Assembly (NCBI GenBank): GCA_963752595.1
Contig: CAVVYZ010000017.1
Location: 64,001 to 128,000 of the forward strand
Origin: an uncultured delta proteobacterium
GTDB lineage: Bacteria > Desulfobacterota > Desulfomonilia > UBA1062
Direction of reading: 5' to 3'
DNA length: 64,000 nt
Shown here: in pieces, positions 1 to 9,828 of the stretch
How the letters are laid out: each line of letters opens with the position of its first letter
Numbering within the stretch: the first letter of the stretch is position 1
Program-made: the position numbers and the translations under genes
The notes under the pieces: model-generated
What the model was told of the DNA's origin: nothing
Databases searched by the model: none
What the model saw: only the letters and a program-made list of their open reading frames with translations

Positions 1-1290
1 CTCGATCATATCGATGAGATCGTAGCGCTCATCAGGGCATCGGCTACGCCCCTTGAGGCGAGAGATAACCTGATACAGCGGTTCGATTTCAGCGAATTGC
101 AGGCCCAGGCGATTCTGGATATGAGGCTCCAGAGGCTTACCGGCCTTGAGCGGGACAAGATCAGCAGTGAGTACAATGATCTGCTGGCCGATATCAGCCG
201 GCTTGAAAAAATCCTTTCCGATAGAAAAGAATTGTTCAAGGTCATTCGCAGCGAACTTGAAGAAATCAGAGAAAAGTATGCCGATGTGCGGCGCACTGTC
301 CTTGTCCGGGGAGCTGCCGGACAGTTCGATATAGAAGATCTGATCTCCGATGAAAAAATGGTCGTTACCATGACAAAGAAGGGATACATCAAACGGACGG
401 AGCTCGATAAATACAGAACACAGAAACGTGGCGGCGTCGGTGTGAAGGGTGGAGCAGCTTCCGATGATGATTTCATCGAGCATATCTTCGTTGCATCAAA
501 CCATGCCTCTATCCTCTATTTCACAAACACAGGTAGAGTCTACCATACCAAAGTCTACGAGATACCTGAAAGGGACCGTGCATTGAAGGGTGTTCCCATC
601 GTCAATATCCGGCCTCTTCAGAAGGACGAGAGGATCTGCGCCATTCTCGTTGCCTCGGACATTCACATGCAGGCCCATGTGGTCATGGTCACTGCCATGG
701 CGTATACGAAACGGGTCCTGCTGGGAAGTTTCAGCAATATCATGAAGACCGGTATCATTGCCTGCACGCTCGAGCCGGGGGACGAGGTTATTTCCGCACG
801 TCTTACCCTTGGGGAGGATAAAATCATCGTTGCTACCAATTCGGGAAAGGCTATCGTATTCAAGGAAGACCAGGTCCGGATAATGGGGAGGCAGGCGCAA
901 GGAGTGCGTGCTATTCGCCTGGATCAAAACGATGTAGTTGTGGGAATGGATGTTATCAGCACACCTGATGATTTCGTGATAAACCTTACCGAGCTGGGAT
1001 TCGGCAAAAAAACCGCGGTTGGAAAATATCCTGTCCAGAAACGTGCAGGAAAGGGTGTGTCTACGGTTCATATTACGCCGAAGACCGGTAAGCTGGTAGG
1101 TGTCAGGGTAGTAAAGGGAACCGACGAACTGATGATCATTTCAACCTCCGGCCAGATCATACGTATGCCGGTAACCCAGATACGAACGACGACGACAAGG
1201 TCTGCACAGGGAGTGCGGGCCATACGAATGAAGGAAAAAGAGAAGATCATTGATTTTACCAAGTATATCGGCGAAGAAGATGCCGAATAA
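1..1290 (+). CDS. gyrA: DNA gyrase subunit A, C-terminal part (gene starts before the window)
   Basis: Frame is open from base 1 (LDHIDEIVALIRAS...QAQAILDMRLQRLTGLE). GyrA box QKRGGVG and C-terminal beta-pinwheel repeats are present. Confidence 0.96.
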   Translation, partial: LDHIDEIVALIRASATPLEARDNLIQRFDFSELQAQAILDMRLQRLTGLERDKISSEYNDLLADISRLEKILSDRKELFKVIRSELEEIREKYADVRRTVLVRGAAGQFDIEDLISDEKMVVTMTKKGYIKRTELDKYRTQKRGGVGVKGGAASDDDFIEHIFVASNHASILYFTNTGRVYHTKVYEIPERDRALKGVPIVNIRPLQKDERICAILVASDIHMQAHVVMVTAMAYTKRVLLGSFSNIMKTGIIACTLEPGDEVISARLTLGEDKIIVATNSGKAIVFKEDQVRIMGRQAQGVRAIRLDQNDVVVGMDVISTPDDFVINLTELGFGKKTAVGKYPVQKRAGKGVSTVHITPKTGKLVGVRVVKGTDELMIISTSGQIIRMPVTQIRTTTTRSAQGVRAIRMKEKEKIIDFTKYIGEEDAE

Positions 1291-1313
1291 GCAAGAGGCG
1301 AAATCGTATAGTG

Positions 1314-1347
1314 AAAAAGGAGGTGCACGATAGCACCTCCTTTTTTT
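1314..1347. terminator. Bidirectional intrinsic terminator between convergent gyrA and purQ
   Basis: AAAAAGGAGGTGC-acgata-GCACCTCCTTTTT perfect hairpin, with an A-tract before and a T-tract after. Confidence 0.9.
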
Positions 1348-1400
1348 ATATAAAAACAAGTAGAATAAAGCAGCTGTTAAGCTATTTATCCTGAACCAGC

Positions 1401-2213
1401 CTAAATGACACCCTTGAGGAACTGCACTGCATTATCGAATATGGCCATCCCCTCTCCTTTACGCGGGACATCTTTTAACCTTGTCCAGTTCGGATGGTTT
1501 GCCGGATGCGTGAAGGCCTCCGGGTGCGGCATGAGTCCGAAGATACGCCCTGTCCGGTCGCATATTCCTGCTATTGCTTCTGCTGATCCGTTGGGATTGT
1601 GTGGGTATTCCATCGTAGGCTCGAATGACCCGTCTGTATACCTTAACGAAGCGAGGTGATTATCCCGGACCTCTGCAAGGGTAGAATCGGTATCGCAAAT
1701 GAACTTCCCTTCCCCGTGGCGGACCGGCAAAAAGATATGGTCAATACCCCTGGTGAAGATGCATGGGCTTGAAGGGTCGGCTGCCATCTTCACCCAGCGG
1801 TCTTCAAATTTAGCCGAGTCATTGGAGATAAGGGAAACACGGCGTTTCCCGAATGGAGAGCCGGGTAGTAACCCAGATTTGACGAGGGCCTGAAAGCCGT
1901 TGCATACGCCGAGGATGATCATGCCTCTCTCAAAAAACTCTACGATTTCTTCGAACAGGGTCTTTCCCGTTTTCTCTATTTTTGCATGTTTGAGCCGTAC
2001 ACTTTCCACCTGCGCAGAACCGAGGTCGTCACCGTCTAAGAAACCGCCGGGGAGGTTGAGAAAATGATAGTTGCCGATACGGACCTTTCCCTTGAGGATA
2101 TCCGAGAGGTGGGCGATATCGCTTACGGCCCCGGCTAACCTGCACGCGTGTGCCATTTCTGTCTCGCAGTTCGTACCGAAACCTGTAATGATCAGTGCCT
2201 TTATCTGTGCCAT
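1401..2213 (-). CDS. purQ: Phosphoribosylformylglycinamidine synthase, glutaminase subunit PurQ
   Basis: GFGTNCETE, PGGFLDGDDLG, catalytic GVCNGFQ and GLMPHPE motifs. Confidence 0.95.
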   Translation of the reverse strand: MAQIKALIITGFGTNCETEMAHACRLAGAVSDIAHLSDILKGKVRIGNYHFLNLPGGFLDGDDLGSAQVESVRLKHAKIEKTGKTLFEEIVEFFERGMIILGVCNGFQALVKSGLLPGSPFGKRRVSLISNDSAKFEDRWVKMAADPSSPCIFTRGIDHIFLPVRHGEGKFICDTDSTLAEVRDNHLASLRYTDGSFEPTMEYPHNPNGSAEAIAGICDRTGRIFGLMPHPEAFTHPANHPNWTRLKDVPRKGEGMAIFDNAVQFLKGVI

Positions 2214-2214
2214 A

Positions 2215-5163
2215 TTATAAGTCCAGAGGAGCCTTCCATGATGCCTTCAGCTTAGGGAGCTGCCGATCAATGAGTATCTCGCCGTGGCTGGAGTGTATGA
2301 TAAGTTTTTGATCAGGCAGCGCTCGTCCGATGCGCCGGGCGTCATCGCCGAATAATTTTTCAAGGGCGAAAGCGTTTTCAGGGGAAACAGAGACGATGAT
2401 CCTGCTCTGCGTTTCCGAATAGAGGATTTCGGTATCGTTCAAGTCCTGATCGATCGCTACGTCTTTCAACTCTACCGATATTCCCACCGAACCGGCAAAA
2501 GCAGCCTCAGCAAGGGCAACCGCCAAGCCGCCGTCAGAGATGTCATGAGCTGATGCAATAAGACCCCTGCGAATGGCCTTATGCAGCAGTTTGTAGCGCT
2601 TCAGCGCCTTGTGCGCATCGACCTTTGGAACCGACGAGCCGATCATACCATATGTTGCAAAAAACTCGCTTCCTCCGAGCTCTTTCCTCGTCACTCCGAG
2701 CAGATAAATGAGATCGCCAGGTTTTTTGATATCCATGGTCACAGCCGTAGTGATATCATCAATCTTGCCTATCACGGAGATCAGGATGGTGGGAGGGATG
2801 GATATTTTAATCCCAGGACCGATGTAATCGTTCTTCATGCTGTCCTTGCCGGAGATAAGCGGACACCGGTAGGCTTTTGTATAGTCATAGAGAGCCTTAT
2901 TGGTTCGTACCAGCTGGGCAAGCTTATATTCTCCATCCGGATTCCTTTCGCTTACGACCGGGTCGCACCAGCAGAAATTATCGAGACACGCCCAGTGATC
3001 GGGATTGCCGCCCACGCATACGTAGTTTCTCAAGGCCTCATCGAGAGCGCATGCCGTCATGTGGAACGCATCGATATCAGAGTACCGGGGAATAATCCCG
3101 TTCGAGACGACTACTCCCTGAAGCGAATCGAGCACGGGACGGATCACCGCAGCATCGGAGGGTCCGTCGCACTGCTCTCCGACGAGGGGTTTTACAATAG
3201 AGCCTCCCTGCACCTCATGGTCATATTGCCGAACGATATATTCTTTGGAACAGATGTTGAGCCGTGAGAGCATCTCTTCAATCTTGGCATTATGGTCCAC
3301 CAGCACGGGTGTCTGCTGCTCCGGTTCGTTCCTATTTTTCCATCGGGCATTCAGCTTCATCTTGGGCAGACCGTTATGCAGGAAATCAAGCTCGATATAG
3401 GCTACAGTCTTATCTCTATAGGTACAGTGAAAATATCCTGAATCCGTAAACTCTCCGATTACCGTGGATTCCACATCCATCTGTCGGGAAAGCTCAAGGA
3501 ATTTATGCAGTTTCCCGCGTGTAACTGCGAGCGTCATGCGCTCTTGCGCTTCGGATAGGAGAATCTCCCAAGGGTCCAACCCCTGATATTTCAAAGGCGG
3601 CTTGTCCAGTTCGATCAGGCATCCCCCCGATAGTTGTGCCATTTCTCCGATTGATGAAGAGAGCCCTCCTGCACCGTTGTCGGTTATAGCCCGGTACAGG
3701 CCAAGATCCCTTGCCCTGAGGAGGAAATCGGTGAGTTTCTTCTGGGTTATGGGGTCGCCGATCTGCACGGCAGAGGTGGGTGAATCCTCATGGAGTTCCT
3801 CTGATGAGAATGTCGCCCCATGGATCCCGTCCTTGCCTATTCTTCCCCCTGCCATGATTATGAGATCTCCTGGCAGGAGGCTCTTTTCGTGAGAAGGGAT
3901 TCCGTTTATCGTTCTGGGCATGATGCCTGCCGTTCCGCAGTAGACGAGAGGCTTTCCCAGGTAACGGTTGTCAAAGACGATGCTTCCGTTGACGGTCGGG
4001 ATCCCGGATTTGTTTCCTCCGTGTTCCACCCCTTCCCTCACGCCTTCGAAGATTCTTAAGGGGTGGAGGATCTTGGGTGGAAGGGTTCCGGAGTAAAAGG
4101 GATCGGCAAAGCAGAAAACGTCGGTATTGAAGATGAGCTTGGCGCCGAGGCCTGTTCCAAACGGGTCACGATTGACGCCTACGATGCCGGTCAATGCACC
4201 TCCGTAAGGATCGAGGGCTGACGGGGAATTGTGGGTCTCCACTTTGAAGACGAGATTATATTCGTCATTAAAGCGGATCACGCCTGCGTTGTCGGTGAAT
4301 ACGCTTATACAGATATCGTCTGCTCCGGCTTCCTCGCGGATTTCCCGTGTTGACCGCTGGATGTAGGATTTGAAAAGTGAGGTTATATTCTCGGTACGGC
4401 CGTCTTCCTTATACGTGATGTCTGCATTGAAGATCTTATGTTTACAGTGCTCCGACCATGTCTGGGCAAGACACTCGAGCTCCACGTCCGTTAACCCGTC
4501 TGTCAGGCCGAGGGTTTTCCTTTCTTCGATCACCAGGGGATCCTGTACGTACGCGGCGATGACCTTCATCTCCTCGACGGTCAAGGCAAGGGTCCGTTCT
4601 CTGGAGAGGCTCGAGAGCGCTGAATCACTCAAGGTCAGTGATACTTCCTCTACGCTGGGGGTATGGTTGAGCATCACCTTGGATATGTGAGGCTTTATCG
4701 ACATGGTTTCGTCAGGATCCATCACCCGGAAATACTGGATAAGGGAATTGGCCAGGCAATCCCGGGCTATCCTTGTTGCGGCTTCTCTTGTTATCGCACC
4801 TTTAAAGAGAAAAGCCCTGGCAGAATATACAGGGCTGTCATTGGATGTAATGAGTTTCAGGGTATATGTAGCGCTTTTACCTACGTTATCTGTTACACCG
4901 GGCTTGTAGCCCACCTCGATATACCAGTCGAAATCTTTTGTGAGCGGCGCATTAACGGCTATATCCTGAACCACGGGATCGAGGAAGGCTTCCCTGATCC
5001 ACTCATCATGCAGGGCGCTTGCATCAATGGTATATATGTCGAGGCATCGGATTTTTACATCGGTGCCTAAGGAGGGAAACGCATGCAGAATCTGACGCTT
5101 TGTTCGTTCCCCTCGAGCATCGAAGAGTCCGGGCTTGAGGCCTACCTCAACCCTATAGGGCAT
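2215..5163 (-). CDS. purL: Phosphoribosylformylglycinamidine synthase subunit PurL with PurS-like N-terminal extension
   Basis: QTWSEHCKHK, KVETHNSPS, DNGAGG, SEAQERM, SGKDS and HDISDGG motifs. The N-terminal ~150 aa look like PurS-like repeats (YRVEVGLKPGLFDARG; IEVGYKPGVTDNVG). Confidence 0.95.
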   Translation of the reverse strand: MPYRVEVGLKPGLFDARGERTKRQILHAFPSLGTDVKIRCLDIYTIDASALHDEWIREAFLDPVVQDIAVNAPLTKDFDWYIEVGYKPGVTDNVGKSATYTLKLITSNDSPVYSARAFLFKGAITREAATRIARDCLANSLIQYFRVMDPDETMSIKPHISKVMLNHTPSVEEVSLTLSDSALSSLSRERTLALTVEEMKVIAAYVQDPLVIEERKTLGLTDGLTDVELECLAQTWSEHCKHKIFNADITYKEDGRTENITSLFKSYIQRSTREIREEAGADDICISVFTDNAGVIRFNDEYNLVFKVETHNSPSALDPYGGALTGIVGVNRDPFGTGLGAKLIFNTDVFCFADPFYSGTLPPKILHPLRIFEGVREGVEHGGNKSGIPTVNGSIVFDNRYLGKPLVYCGTAGIMPRTINGIPSHEKSLLPGDLIIMAGGRIGKDGIHGATFSSEELHEDSPTSAVQIGDPITQKKLTDFLLRARDLGLYRAITDNGAGGLSSSIGEMAQLSGGCLIELDKPPLKYQGLDPWEILLSEAQERMTLAVTRGKLHKFLELSRQMDVESTVIGEFTDSGYFHCTYRDKTVAYIELDFLHNGLPKMKLNARWKNRNEPEQQTPVLVDHNAKIEEMLSRLNICSKEYIVRQYDHEVQGGSIVKPLVGEQCDGPSDAAVIRPVLDSLQGVVVSNGIIPRYSDIDAFHMTACALDEALRNYVCVGGNPDHWACLDNFCWCDPVVSERNPDGEYKLAQLVRTNKALYDYTKAYRCPLISGKDSMKNDYIGPGIKISIPPTILISVIGKIDDITTAVTMDIKKPGDLIYLLGVTRKELGGSEFFATYGMIGSSVPKVDAHKALKRYKLLHKAIRRGLIASAHDISDGGLAVALAEAAFAGSVGISVELKDVAIDQDLNDTEILYSETQSRIIVSVSPENAFALEKLFGDDARRIGRALPDQKLIIHSSHGEILIDRQLPKLKASWKAPLDL

Positions 5164-5167
5164 CTCC

Positions 5168-5554
5168 CTACCCCTTTTCTTCGAGATACAGGTTCGTATG
5201 ACCTTCTATGCTTTCTCTCTCGGACTTACATTTGACACACAAGATAGCAAAAGGCATTGCCTTAAGCCTGCCGACCGGGATATTTTCTCCGCAATCTTCG
5301 CAATAACCATATTCGCCGTTTTCCATTCTGGACAAAGCGCTTTCGATCTGCTCGAGCTTCTGCTGCTCCCGTGTACTGAGCAAGAGATTAAACTCACGGG
5401 ACTGCTCGAGATCCGCGTCGTCGAAGATATCCCCGATCTCTCTCTGGTCGGAAATATCGTTGGATTTGATCCTCTCCTCCAGATTCTTGAGAATCTCGTG
5501 TTTCATTTCGGCTAGGATCTCCTTTATCTCAAGGAGCTCATTTTTTCTCAGCAT
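5168..5554 (-). CDS. dksA: DksA/TraR family C4 zinc-finger transcription factor
   Basis: DIFDDA coiled-coil tip, CEDC...CVKC, GEYGYC and RLKAMP motifs. Likely ATG at 5554 with a GGAGG RBS (ORF track starts at 5605). Confidence 0.85.
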   Translation of the reverse strand: MLRKNELLEIKEILAEMKHEILKNLEERIKSNDISDQREIGDIFDDADLEQSREFNLLLSTREQQKLEQIESALSRMENGEYGYCEDCGENIPVGRLKAMPFAILCVKCKSERESIEGHTNLYLEEKG

Positions 5555-5686
5555 TCCGTCCTCCGTTTTCACTTTGAAAGTAGGGTACTTATACTGATAA
5601 ATCAATATCTGTCAACACTAAATGATCAAGGCAATAATGCCTTGAAAATATGGACACATATCATTTTATTTGAAAATTTACCGGTT

Positions 5687-6931
5687 CTATAGGATTTTAA
5701 TGTCGTTATATTTCCACGACGGATGGAATATTTCACAGTCGATGAATTCTCCTTGTTCGACGATCTGTCTCCCCTTCGGAATGATCATGTAGCAATTTGC
5801 CCGGGAAAGGGATGAGAGGATGCCCGAGCCCTGAGGGCCGGCAGGGGTTACAATGATCTCACCGCCGTAATTTTCCAGGATGCCGCTCATGTAGTGTGGC
5901 CTGTCTCCGGAGCTTTTCACTGTACAGGAGAGTTTCGCCGGGAGCTTCGGAAGCAGGAGATCGGTCGATCCCATGAGTTTGAGTATGGCAGGCCTGGCAA
6001 ACTGGTAAAAGGATGTCATGGTGGAAAGCGGGTTACCGGGTAGCCCTATGGCCGGGACCCCGTTTATCTCACCAAAAGCAAGGGGTCTTCCCGGCTTTAT
6101 ATCCACCTTCCAGAAAGCCATGGAATTGGCCCCTTCCGTCATGACTTCCCGGACGATATCGAAATCACCCATGGAAACCCCGCCGGAGGTGAGAATAAGG
6201 TCTGCCTTTCCCGACATGGAAAATTTCTCGATGAGATCCTTTTTCGTATCCTTTGCAATCCCGAGATATAAAGGTATGGCGCCAAGCTCCGTTATCAGGC
6301 CTTTTAAGGTAAAGGAATTCGACGACGAGATCTTGTTCTCGCCGAGTTCCTCATCGAACTCCGCTACTTCGTCACCGGTCGCAAGAACGGCGACGACAGG
6401 CCTCTGGTGGCAGAAAACCATGATTTGCCTGATCGAAGCAAGGAGACCGATCCGGGCCGGGCCGAGATATGAGCCCTTTGTCAGTACTATATCTCCTTTC
6501 CGGATGTCCTCGCCCATGAAGCGGACGTTTTCATTTTTCTTCGGAACCTTACGGATAACGACCGCCCCATCCAGTTCCAGTGTGTCTTCCCTTTTGATCA
6601 CTGCATCAGCTCCGGGCGGAACAGGTGCGCCGGTCATGATCTTTACCGCCTGACCTTTACCGAAAGGCCCTTGAGGAACCCCACCTGCAGGAATTTCGTA
6701 TGCTATTTCCAGGCGGGATTCAGCCTCTTTGATGTCAGCTTCATGCACGGCATATCCGTCCATCGCTGAGTTGTCCCATGGGGGGATATCCCTTGCTGAG
6801 ACAATATCTTCCGCGAGATACCTGTCGAGGGCCTGTTCGATGAACACCTTCTCGGCATTGAGGGGGGAAATCCTGTTCAAAATGAGTTCACGGGCTTGTT
6901 CAACAGTGATCATTTTCAAATCCTTTTCCAA
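5687..6931 (-). CDS. moeA: Molybdopterin molybdenumtransferase MoeA
   Basis: DNSAMDGYA, IMTGAPVP, TGDE, SGGVSMGDFD, KPGRP and GLPGNP motifs. The true start may be at MITVEQA. Confidence 0.95.
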   Translation of the reverse strand: MEKDLKMITVEQARELILNRISPLNAEKVFIEQALDRYLAEDIVSARDIPPWDNSAMDGYAVHEADIKEAESRLEIAYEIPAGGVPQGPFGKGQAVKIMTGAPVPPGADAVIKREDTLELDGAVVIRKVPKKNENVRFMGEDIRKGDIVLTKGSYLGPARIGLLASIRQIMVFCHQRPVVAVLATGDEVAEFDEELGENKISSSNSFTLKGLITELGAIPLYLGIAKDTKKDLIEKFSMSGKADLILTSGGVSMGDFDIVREVMTEGANSMAFWKVDIKPGRPLAFGEINGVPAIGLPGNPLSTMTSFYQFARPAILKLMGSTDLLLPKLPAKLSCTVKSSGDRPHYMSGILENYGGEIIVTPAGPQGSGILSSLSRANCYMIIPKGRQIVEQGEFIDCEIFHPSWKYNDIKIL

Positions 6932-6962
6932 AATCGATTTATCCTAGAGGACCCGATCATAC

Positions 6963-8432
6963 ATGTCAAGATTCGATCGCCTTTCGTCGATAGAAACACC
7001 TATGGAGTATACGGATATCCTTGCACCCTTGGAGATAGAACTGCAGAAGGTCAATTCCCTTGGCGGAAGCATGGCCGTGGTCGTCATACCCGAGCGGTAT
7101 GCCGATAAGGCCCTTGCATGCAAGAGAGGGGTAGATACTGCAGTAAAAATGAATGATTATCTCATCTTGGGGTTGTTCGGTACCCAGGCAGATGAGGCGA
7201 GTGCGCGGTTTCTCTCCATCCCGAAAGGCATTGCCGTATATCCCCAGGACGGGAAAGACATACAGACCCTGTTCTTCGAGGCCCTGGAGCGTCTGCGTTT
7301 CATGGGAAGCTCCAACTGGGTCAAGCGTCTCTGGGATTCGATCAAAGAGGTAAAGTCGCTTGAAAGCAAGGAAGATCAGGAGAGCAGGTTCATCGAAGCT
7401 ACCTTCTACCAGTTCCTCACATTTCTCACCTCGCATCCCAACGAACTGAAAAAGGTCTTAGCAGGCATGAACGCCTCCGAACTTTCGTGGGTGAAGGATT
7501 ATATCCCGTACGGATTTTTCTCTACCCCCCCTACTGACCAAAGCATTTCCGATGAGGAGATTAGCACCCTGTTTAACGAGTGGCAATACCAGGAGAAGAT
7601 GGATGCCAAGCTAGAAAAGGGGAAGACCACCTTGCGGAAATTCCGGAATATAGAGCACCTCTTCACCTTGCCTTCCATATCCCAGGAGATAATAGATCTG
7701 GCAGGTGATTCACTCATTGCTGCTTCAAAAATGGCCAGGGTAATTGAAAAAGACCCTGTGCTGACCTCCCGGATTCTGAAAGTGGTCAATTCGGCATTTT
7801 ACGGATTTCGCAGGCAGATCGATTCGGTGGAGCAGTCAGTAGTGATCCTTGGGAACGATGAGGTTATCAACCTTGCTTTTTCCATAGCCATCCACAAGAT
7901 CCTTGAAAGCATAGCCCCTGAGAACGCAGAGAGGCTGTGGGAGCACAGCCTGGTAACCGCCCAGATATCACAGTGGCTAGGGCCTTTCATGGGGTACGCG
8001 GCAAAGCAGCTTCTGTATACGGTAGGATTGCTGCATGACTTCGGGAAGATCGTGTTCCTGCAGCGGGGATATTATATCGGAGGGATCGAAGGCCCATCTT
8101 CCCTGGAAGATCTTTCTTCGGAAGAGGCCGATTCGGGTATATCCCATGCAGAAATGGGCGCATATGTTGCCGAGCGGTGGAACCTGCCCGAGGCAATCGT
8201 GGATGCGCTGCTGAGTCACCATCTCCCGAGCAAGGCTCATGATACTGGGCTTGCCGTTACCGTGCATTTGGCAGACGTCATCGCGCACTGCGGCCGGATA
8301 GATATGTCCAAGATGAACAGCGCAGCGGTGAAATTTATCTCGGAGAAGAAAGGTCCTGCTCTGTCGCAGGGTATGATAGCCCATACCCTGGAAGAGATAG
8401 TAGGACGGGTGAAAGCAGTACTGGATACATAA
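6963..8432 (+). CDS. HDOD-domain protein with N-terminal degenerate GGDEF-like region
   Basis: HDOD motifs LPSI...IEKDPVLTSRILKVVNSAFYG, LWEHS, GLLHDFGK and SHAEMGAYVAERWNLP. N-terminal GIAVYPQDG-D-L-A resembles the GGDEF C-terminal end, but there is no GGDEF motif. Confidence 0.85.
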   Translation: MSRFDRLSSIETPMEYTDILAPLEIELQKVNSLGGSMAVVVIPERYADKALACKRGVDTAVKMNDYLILGLFGTQADEASARFLSIPKGIAVYPQDGKDIQTLFFEALERLRFMGSSNWVKRLWDSIKEVKSLESKEDQESRFIEATFYQFLTFLTSHPNELKKVLAGMNASELSWVKDYIPYGFFSTPPTDQSISDEEISTLFNEWQYQEKMDAKLEKGKTTLRKFRNIEHLFTLPSISQEIIDLAGDSLIAASKMARVIEKDPVLTSRILKVVNSAFYGFRRQIDSVEQSVVILGNDEVINLAFSIAIHKILESIAPENAERLWEHSLVTAQISQWLGPFMGYAAKQLLYTVGLLHDFGKIVFLQRGYYIGGIEGPSSLEDLSSEEADSGISHAEMGAYVAERWNLPEAIVDALLSHHLPSKAHDTGLAVTVHLADVIAHCGRIDMSKMNSAAVKFISEKKGPALSQGMIAHTLEEIVGRVKAVLDT

Positions 8433-9668
8433 ATGATCGAACGTGACATTGAATCAACCCTCAAAGAGCGCATCGTCTCCCTTGAAGAGGGGTACGAGCA
8501 GAAGATCGCCGAGCTTTCTCTCTTAAAAGAGCTCGGGGAGGCGCTCAAAGGGGCAAGCCTCGCCCATTGGAGCGAACTTTTCATCGGGCAGCTGGATATT
8601 ATCAAGCAGGCCACGGGGATCTTCAGCGTTTCAGTCATGCTCATCGATGAGAATACCCAGAACCTTTACATCGTAAGCGCCTCCATGAGAGGGGATTCAC
8701 CCAAGAGGCCGCCCATACTCCTGAAAAGGGGAGAAGGGATTGCCGGAAAGGTGTTCGAGACTACCCGGACCCTCTACATACCGGATGTTACCAAAGATCC
8801 CAACTTTTCCGACAGGGGAACAAAGCAAAGAGGATCTCTTGCCTGCGTCCCCATCATCTCCGAGGGCAGTTGCATCGGGGTCATCAATTTTCGTGACAGT
8901 GTCACCAGTTCGTTCGGTCCCAACGACCTGCGTTTTTTCGAGCTCATTGCAGACCAGCTCTCCATTACTGCCTCATTGGTACGAACCTATCAGGATCTGC
9001 TTGATTTGGAAAAAAAGAGGATGAACCTGGGCAGGTACTTCTCTCCGGGGCTAGCGGAACGCCTCGTGGCAGATGACCGGATGACCGAGCTCGGCGGACA
9101 GCGCAAAATGGTAAGCGTTTTGTTCGCAGACGTAACCGGGTTTACCACCATGGTGGATGCGAATGCAGTGGAAGATGTGGTGGAGGTCTTGAACCGGTTC
9201 TTCGAGACGGTTGTGCCGGTTATATTCAAACACGGAGGGATGCTGGACAAATTCCTGGGAGACGGAGTCATGGCGGTTTTCGGCATTCCGGATCCCGATG
9301 ACACGGACCCGGTACGGGCGATTAACTGCGCGGTGGATATCCAGAAGGGGATCGAGAAATTGAGAGAGCAGCTCGAAGCCGACAACCTGTTTCCCATTAC
9401 GGTGGGAATCGGGATTGCCACCGGGGTGGCGCTTGCGGGAAACATCGGAACAAAAAACCAGATGAATTATACCGTGATCGGAGAGCCCGTAAATCTTGCC
9501 CAGAGGCTGGAATCTGTCTGTGATCGAGGAGAAATTATCATATCGAACGTGACTATGGAAATGATTCCTCCGGGATCCGATCTCAATGCGTCTTTTGAGC
9601 CCATGGGCGCGATCAGGGTAAAAGGAATTCAGCGGGACGTGAAGCCTATGAAAGTGACCTATCGGTGA
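8433..9668 (+). CDS. GAF-domain class III adenylate/guanylate cyclase
   Basis: GAF region (GEGIAGKV...ACVPI) followed by the cyclase core LFADVTGFT, LDKFLGDGVMA, GIGIATG, YTVIGEPVNLAQRL. The Lys in DKF suggests ATP specificity. Confidence 0.9.
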   Translation: MIERDIESTLKERIVSLEEGYEQKIAELSLLKELGEALKGASLAHWSELFIGQLDIIKQATGIFSVSVMLIDENTQNLYIVSASMRGDSPKRPPILLKRGEGIAGKVFETTRTLYIPDVTKDPNFSDRGTKQRGSLACVPIISEGSCIGVINFRDSVTSSFGPNDLRFFELIADQLSITASLVRTYQDLLDLEKKRMNLGRYFSPGLAERLVADDRMTELGGQRKMVSVLFADVTGFTTMVDANAVEDVVEVLNRFFETVVPVIFKHGGMLDKFLGDGVMAVFGIPDPDDTDPVRAINCAVDIQKGIEKLREQLEADNLFPITVGIGIATGVALAGNIGTKNQMNYTVIGEPVNLAQRLESVCDRGEIIISNVTMEMIPPGSDLNASFEPMGAIRVKGIQRDVKPMKVTYR

Positions 9669-9828
9669 GAAAGCTCATATTGAGAAGAGGTAATCACCGG
9701 CAACTCCTCCCTGGAGGCCTATCGCAAACCACACGGCGCCGGCCTTGATGCGTGGACGCTCTGAGCGGGATTTCCAGCTACACAAGGACACCGATACGGT
9801 TTTCCAATCTTGTTGTTATTTTATTTTA

